Source of the DNA: Eledone cirrhosa
Lineage: Eukaryota
Reading direction: 5' to 3'
NCBI GenBank assembly: GCA_964016885.1
Contig: OZ024752.1
Span: 14,942,001 to 15,006,000, forward strand
DNA length: 64,000 nucleotides
In this document: one piece after another, positions 58,266 through 64,000 of the stretch
How positions within the stretch are numbered: the first letter of the stretch is position 1
Layout of the letters: each line of letters starts with the position of its first letter
The notes under the pieces: generated by a model
What the model saw: only the letters and a program-made list of their open reading frames with translations
What the model was told of the DNA's origin: nothing
Databases searched by the model: none
Program-made: the position numbers and the translations under genes

Positions 58266-59658
58266 TATTTATCTAGTCCTTCGCTCAAGATTAATCTATA
58301 AGTTTAGATGTCTGCCTTCGTTTAAGTAAATATTACAGTAAGATTTTTAATATAAACAACTACAAAAAACAATTAATATTAAAACGAAAAAATTATCAAT
58401 GATAAAAGAAGCGGATGCAACTTTTTTTTTTATAAAGTTATATTCCTGTTTCTTTAAAGAACATTTCATTTTTGTTCTATTGTAGGCGAAATAATGCAAT
58501 AGTTTAATAGGGAAGATATAACTTACGAATTATGTCTCTAACCATGTAACGCTTTTTAAGTAGATAACTGCGATTGAAAATACTAAAGAAATGGAACCAA
58601 CAATTCAATTTGAAAGTCGTTTACTTATAGTGACAGTGTATTACTGGTACTTTATTTTATCGACCCCGTAACGATGAAAGGCAAATGCTTAAAATTTAAA
58701 TTGCCTTAATTCTATCGTCTGCTGTTTCATTAAAGGGAGATTCTCGTCTGTATTTAATTCTATCGTCTACTGTTCCACTAAACAGATATACCTCCACTAT
58801 CGTCTCTATTTATACATTTTAACTTATAACTTATACACATTTGATTTGAAATATTTTATCTAGTCCCCCCTCTCAATATTATGATGATTTCTTTCGAATG
58901 AAACAGTTCTAGTACTGTAGAAGCCATTTATATATATAATTGAGCTGAGTTAAAAATTCACAATATTTATAATTAAATAAGCTCATATATATATGTGTGT
59001 ATTTATCTGTTTATTGTATTATATATAATGTGTGTATATACAGGATGTCCCCCAAAAATATATACACACTTCAACAGCATTCTAATAACTATTGCCTGTA
59101 CAGGTAATCAAAGTGTCAATCGAATGTTAGTTTCGTGTTTTAACAGTACAAATTTACAATACACACATAAAACCAGTGTATATACATACATGAGTGTGTA
59201 TACACATACATGAATGTGTATATACAATATATATGTGTCTATATATATATAGACACATATATTCACGGTGCAACGGAACATTAAAATATAGATGCGGGGG
59301 GGGGGTGTATATATAGGGGCGCTGGGGATAAAGGAGTGTACAGCGTAAGTGTGTAATTGATATATTGAAGGAGAGGAGCGTGCAGCGATAGAGTAACAAA
59401 TATATAGAGAGGGGGAGAGTTGGTATTGAAGGGGAGGAGTGCAAAGCGAAAGAGTAAGAGAGATATATATAGAGACGGAACAGATAGAGAGAAACAGGCG
59501 TAAGTAACAGTGGAAGAGATATAGAGAGAGGGGGTAATAAATAAATGGAAATATAAGTGTAACAGTATAAGAGATATATAGAGAGGGGGAAATGTGTTAT
59601 TGAAGGGGAGGAGTGTAAAGCGAAAGCGTAAGATATATATATAGAGAGAGGGGGAATA

Positions 59659-59702
<44 letters not shown>

Positions 59703-60407
59703 ACACTTACTCTGATTGGTTGAAAATTAGCCAATGACATACGATCACCACCACCACGGCTATCCCCGGAAAATTTATGAAGAAGTTACCCATATATGTT
59801 AGAACACGAAAAGTGAACATTCTGTTGTTTCACACTTTTCGTGTTCTAACAGATATAGGAAAATGTTAGACATCAACGGCAGAGCTCAAGCTATTTCGAC
59901 GGCTATTTCTGGATTGAAATAGCCGTCGCGGTCTAACATGTTCCTATTACCCACTCTACTATCCTAAACATTGAGTACTCTCTTGCGTTATGGTCCATCT
60001 GGTTCCCTACCACACCTCCTTCGTTATATATATATATGATTAATATACAAATTTGCGAAATACATATTTTTTTTTTTTTAAAAGTAAGGTCAAACATTTT
60101 CTCGTTTCAGAGTTTCTATATACTTTGTTCGAGATAATAAAGTATTGGTTGACATTAAGTACTCAGTATATCTATACAGATGCGGGGTGGAGTAGTTTGC
60201 ATTTGAGGAGCATGTGATGCAATAGAATTTTATTGTGAATGTTCCAAAAGATATTTCTAACTTATGGACTGGACTCGATCTTAGCTCTTGGAACTCTGCT
60301 GATGGTGATCGAACTTTGTGGAAAAAAATACCTCATGTTGATGTCAAGTCTGCAGCTGACGGAGTTTAGCGTCACAAGAAGAATAGAGATAATGTGCCTG
60401 GAATAAT

Positions 60408-60592
60408 TGTTTCTACTTTCGGCACAAGGCCAGCAATTATCCAGTGTATTACTGGTACTTTATTTTATCGACCCCGTAAGGATGAAAGGCAAAGTTAACG
60501 TCGGCGGGATTTGAACTCAGAATGGCAAGGGCCGTAACTCTTTGCTGAAAAGCATGGCGTCCGACCCACTACCGATACTGCCAATCCACCGA
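60408..60592 (-). mobile_element. SINE family A, full length
   Basis: Complete body. TSD ggaataat at 60400-60407 and 60593-60600. Confidence 0.9.
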
Positions 60593-61589
60593 GGAATAAT
60601 GACTCACAGTAAAGGTGTTTTATATCACTAATATAATCTGTCCAATAAAAACACAAACGCAATAATTTAAAATGGAGATTAACAAGGGTATGTTTCAATA
60701 ATGAGTTAGATAAATGTGAAAAAATAAGATGGACTGACTATAGTATTTGGAAACTAAAGATAATGGGAGGAATGTGAAAAATTTAGTTTAAGAAATGAGT
60801 TAAAAATGAAAGGGAAAATAGGTGTGGATGTAACAACTGAATGTGGGAAAAAATAATGATTGGGTTGAGCTAAATTGAAAACGAAAGGCTAAAAAAGTAA
60901 TTCAATGATTTTAAAGTATCTAATCCGAAATATATTTTTAATTACGTTAATGGAGTGCATACCCTAAATACCTTTCATAGAAATTAAATTAAAGCAGCCA
61001 AAGTAATAGAGAAAATTAGTGCAGTGATAAGATAATACAATTTCATGCCATGTAGACTGTAATATGTTAACACATATGAACAGCATGTTCCACCTATGCG
61101 TTTATGATGTGTATGTTAATTACAATCTAGAGTAACTACTAAAAGCGTAAATACATCTTCGTTAAACATGCTGTAGTAGTAGTTATTGATATAAACGAGC
61201 CTTCACATATGTCGCTACTGTTCCTGATATTAGGTAGTATATTTCATATTGAAATCCATATATAATAAATTAACTATATAAAATACATAGTACACTACAT
61301 ATATAGGCAGAGCTCAAGCCGTTTCGACGGCTATTTCTGGACTAAATTAGAATGTTTAGCCTGGTGAATAAAACGCCGAACTTGTCAAGGGGGTACTTCC
61401 TTATATGGGAAGATTGTAGTTGTCAAGAGGATTGGTTAAAATTTGTTGTAAACACAAATAAGTCTATCATGGCATTTGGTGGGAGGTAGGGGTGCCTGAA
61501 CTTGACTGTAGAACAATAGAGGAGTGAGTGGACCGCTCGACTCACTCCCCTATTGAACATAGGATTTGACCTCCTGTGGTCGGTTTGGT

Positions 61590-62220
61590 CGAATGTGGGC
61601 ATGGCGGAGGGCCGATTTAAGGAACGTTTCCTGAACCACCAGTCTACCGTCAGGTACCCCGACAGACGTACAGCCAAGAAACTCGCGATCCACGTATGGT
61701 CACTCAAGGACTCAAGTATACACTACTCCATTCAATGGAAAGCCATCACTAAGTCCAATCCACACGCAAGGGGAAATCCGACGTGTGGCTTATGTATTGA
61801 CGAACGAATAACTATTCTAAAGAGATTACGCAATAGTGATTGCCTAAACACGAGAAATGAATTTTTCACACGTTGTCAACACGTTGATAAACACCTATTG
61901 GATAACGACAAGGCTCCAGACTGATTCTTTGTATTTTTATTTTAAACCTAAACATTTTCGGACTTTCGCAGTTACCTCCCTTACACCCCTCGCACGCATT
62001 CTAGTATTGCCTGTGTGAAGTGACCGGGTTTCTGCGCATGCGCGTTCGTACGGTTGTACTTCCTGTTCCTATAATCATGCCCATTCAGAGGTCAAGATCC
62101 GCTAAGGTGAAACAATTGTTCTCGGTATGGTGAACTAACTGTTGTGTAACCACTTCTACCTAACTTGTCCCATGGACGGAGTGATCTACCACTACGGATA
62201 TTACCTTCCAGTGTTGCACG
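61590..62220 (+). mobile_element. 5'-truncated Naiad-like PLE (GIY-YIG C-terminal half to 61924 plus 3' region)
   Basis: VGMAEGRFKERFLNH...LAIHVWSLKD...IQWK...CGLCIDE...LNTRNE...CQH aligns by eye with the end of 54714-57035. Ends at (TA)n. Confidence 0.85.
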
Positions 62221-62222
62221 AC

Positions 62223-63317
<1,095 letters not shown>

Positions 63318-63321
<4 letters not shown>

Positions 63322-63707
63322 TTATTAAAATAACAGATTAAATTTTAAGCAAAGAATCGCTGCTTTCACCCTTAACGGGATCTTCTGAAACTAACAAAGT
63401 CAATCTGTAAACGCAGAACTGGATATTTCAAAAAACGTTGCAACCGGAGGAATACCATAAACGTGGTTTTGTCTTTGCGCGTAATTGTTTTTCACCGCTC
63501 CTATTAATGACATATTATTCGTTTTTTTCCCGTTCTTTGCCAGCGAACGTTACCACGAACCAAAGTATCGTCTTCCTGTCTTCCTCCGGTTGCAACGTTT
63601 TTTGAAATATCCAGTTCTGCGTTTACAGATTGACTTTGTTAGTTTCAGAAGATCCCGTTAAGGGTGAAAGCAGCGATTCTTTGCTTAAAATTTAATCTGT
63701 TATTTTA

Positions 63708-63715
<8 letters not shown>
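63318..63715. repeat. Perfect ~133-bp inverted repeat with 128-bp spacer
   Basis: 63320-63452 versus 63581-63713. A third partial copy of the arm lies at about 46333-46388. Confidence 0.88.
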
Positions 63716-63756
<41 letters not shown>

Positions 63757-63785
63757 AGTCACTACTTTAAAACAATAGCCTACGG

Positions 63786-64000
63786 TCTTCAAAATGCTTT
63801 TAATTAAGCATAAAGTGTATTGCAAAATACATTATATATACATCCATATATATATTGCTATTTCAGAGCTCCAATTCTAATTTTTAATTTCTTTATAATT
63901 AAAAATTAGAATTGGAGCTCTGAAATAGCAATATATATATGGATGTATATATAATGTATTTTGCAATACACTTTATGCTTAATTAAAAGCATTTTGAAGA
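63786..64000. repeat. Palindrome with arms of at least 100 bp (runs off window end)
   Basis: About 63786-63889 is reverse complementary to 63897-64000, with a ~7-nt centre. Confidence 0.9.

Noticed and set aside
58486-58545. Possible exon after the acceptor ttctattgtag
   Set aside because: Stop codons occur in all three frames within 25 nt.
63640-63680. CAGAAGA-tccc-gttaa-gggt-GAAA as a functional hammerhead
   Set aside because: U4 is changed and no NUH triplet or stem I can be formed, so it is not called as a ribozyme.

Overview
AT-rich animal genomic DNA, most likely a coleoid cephalopod or octopus (inferred from the SINE family and the very long (TA)n/(TATG)n tracts). It is almost entirely repeats. 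The provided ORFs made of Y/I/M/C/V runs are microsatellite artefacts. Real coding remnants are LINEs (RTE, CR1/Jockey-like, L1/Tx1-like), a deleted mariner and at least seven Penelope-like elements (PLEs; RT plus GIY-YIG), one of which has an intact 773-aa ORF at 54714-57035. The unifying signal is RNA-level. About 20 minimal type-I hammerhead ribozyme (HHR) motifs (CUGANGA...GAAA, often with a palindromic stem III) sit in the PLE terminal repeats. Seven of them lie in a non-coding, highly structured 467-bp tandem array (22889-26226, about 7.2 units) that looks like a retrozyme or circRNA-generating satellite. The array carries the same insertion signature as the neighbouring PLEs: divergent 5' inversion and (TA)n flanks. 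This suggests a PLE-mobilised ribozyme satellite system, with a diverged relative at about 49.3-49.9 kb. A few small candidate host exons are noted at low confidence. All structure calls were made by eye, with no database searches.
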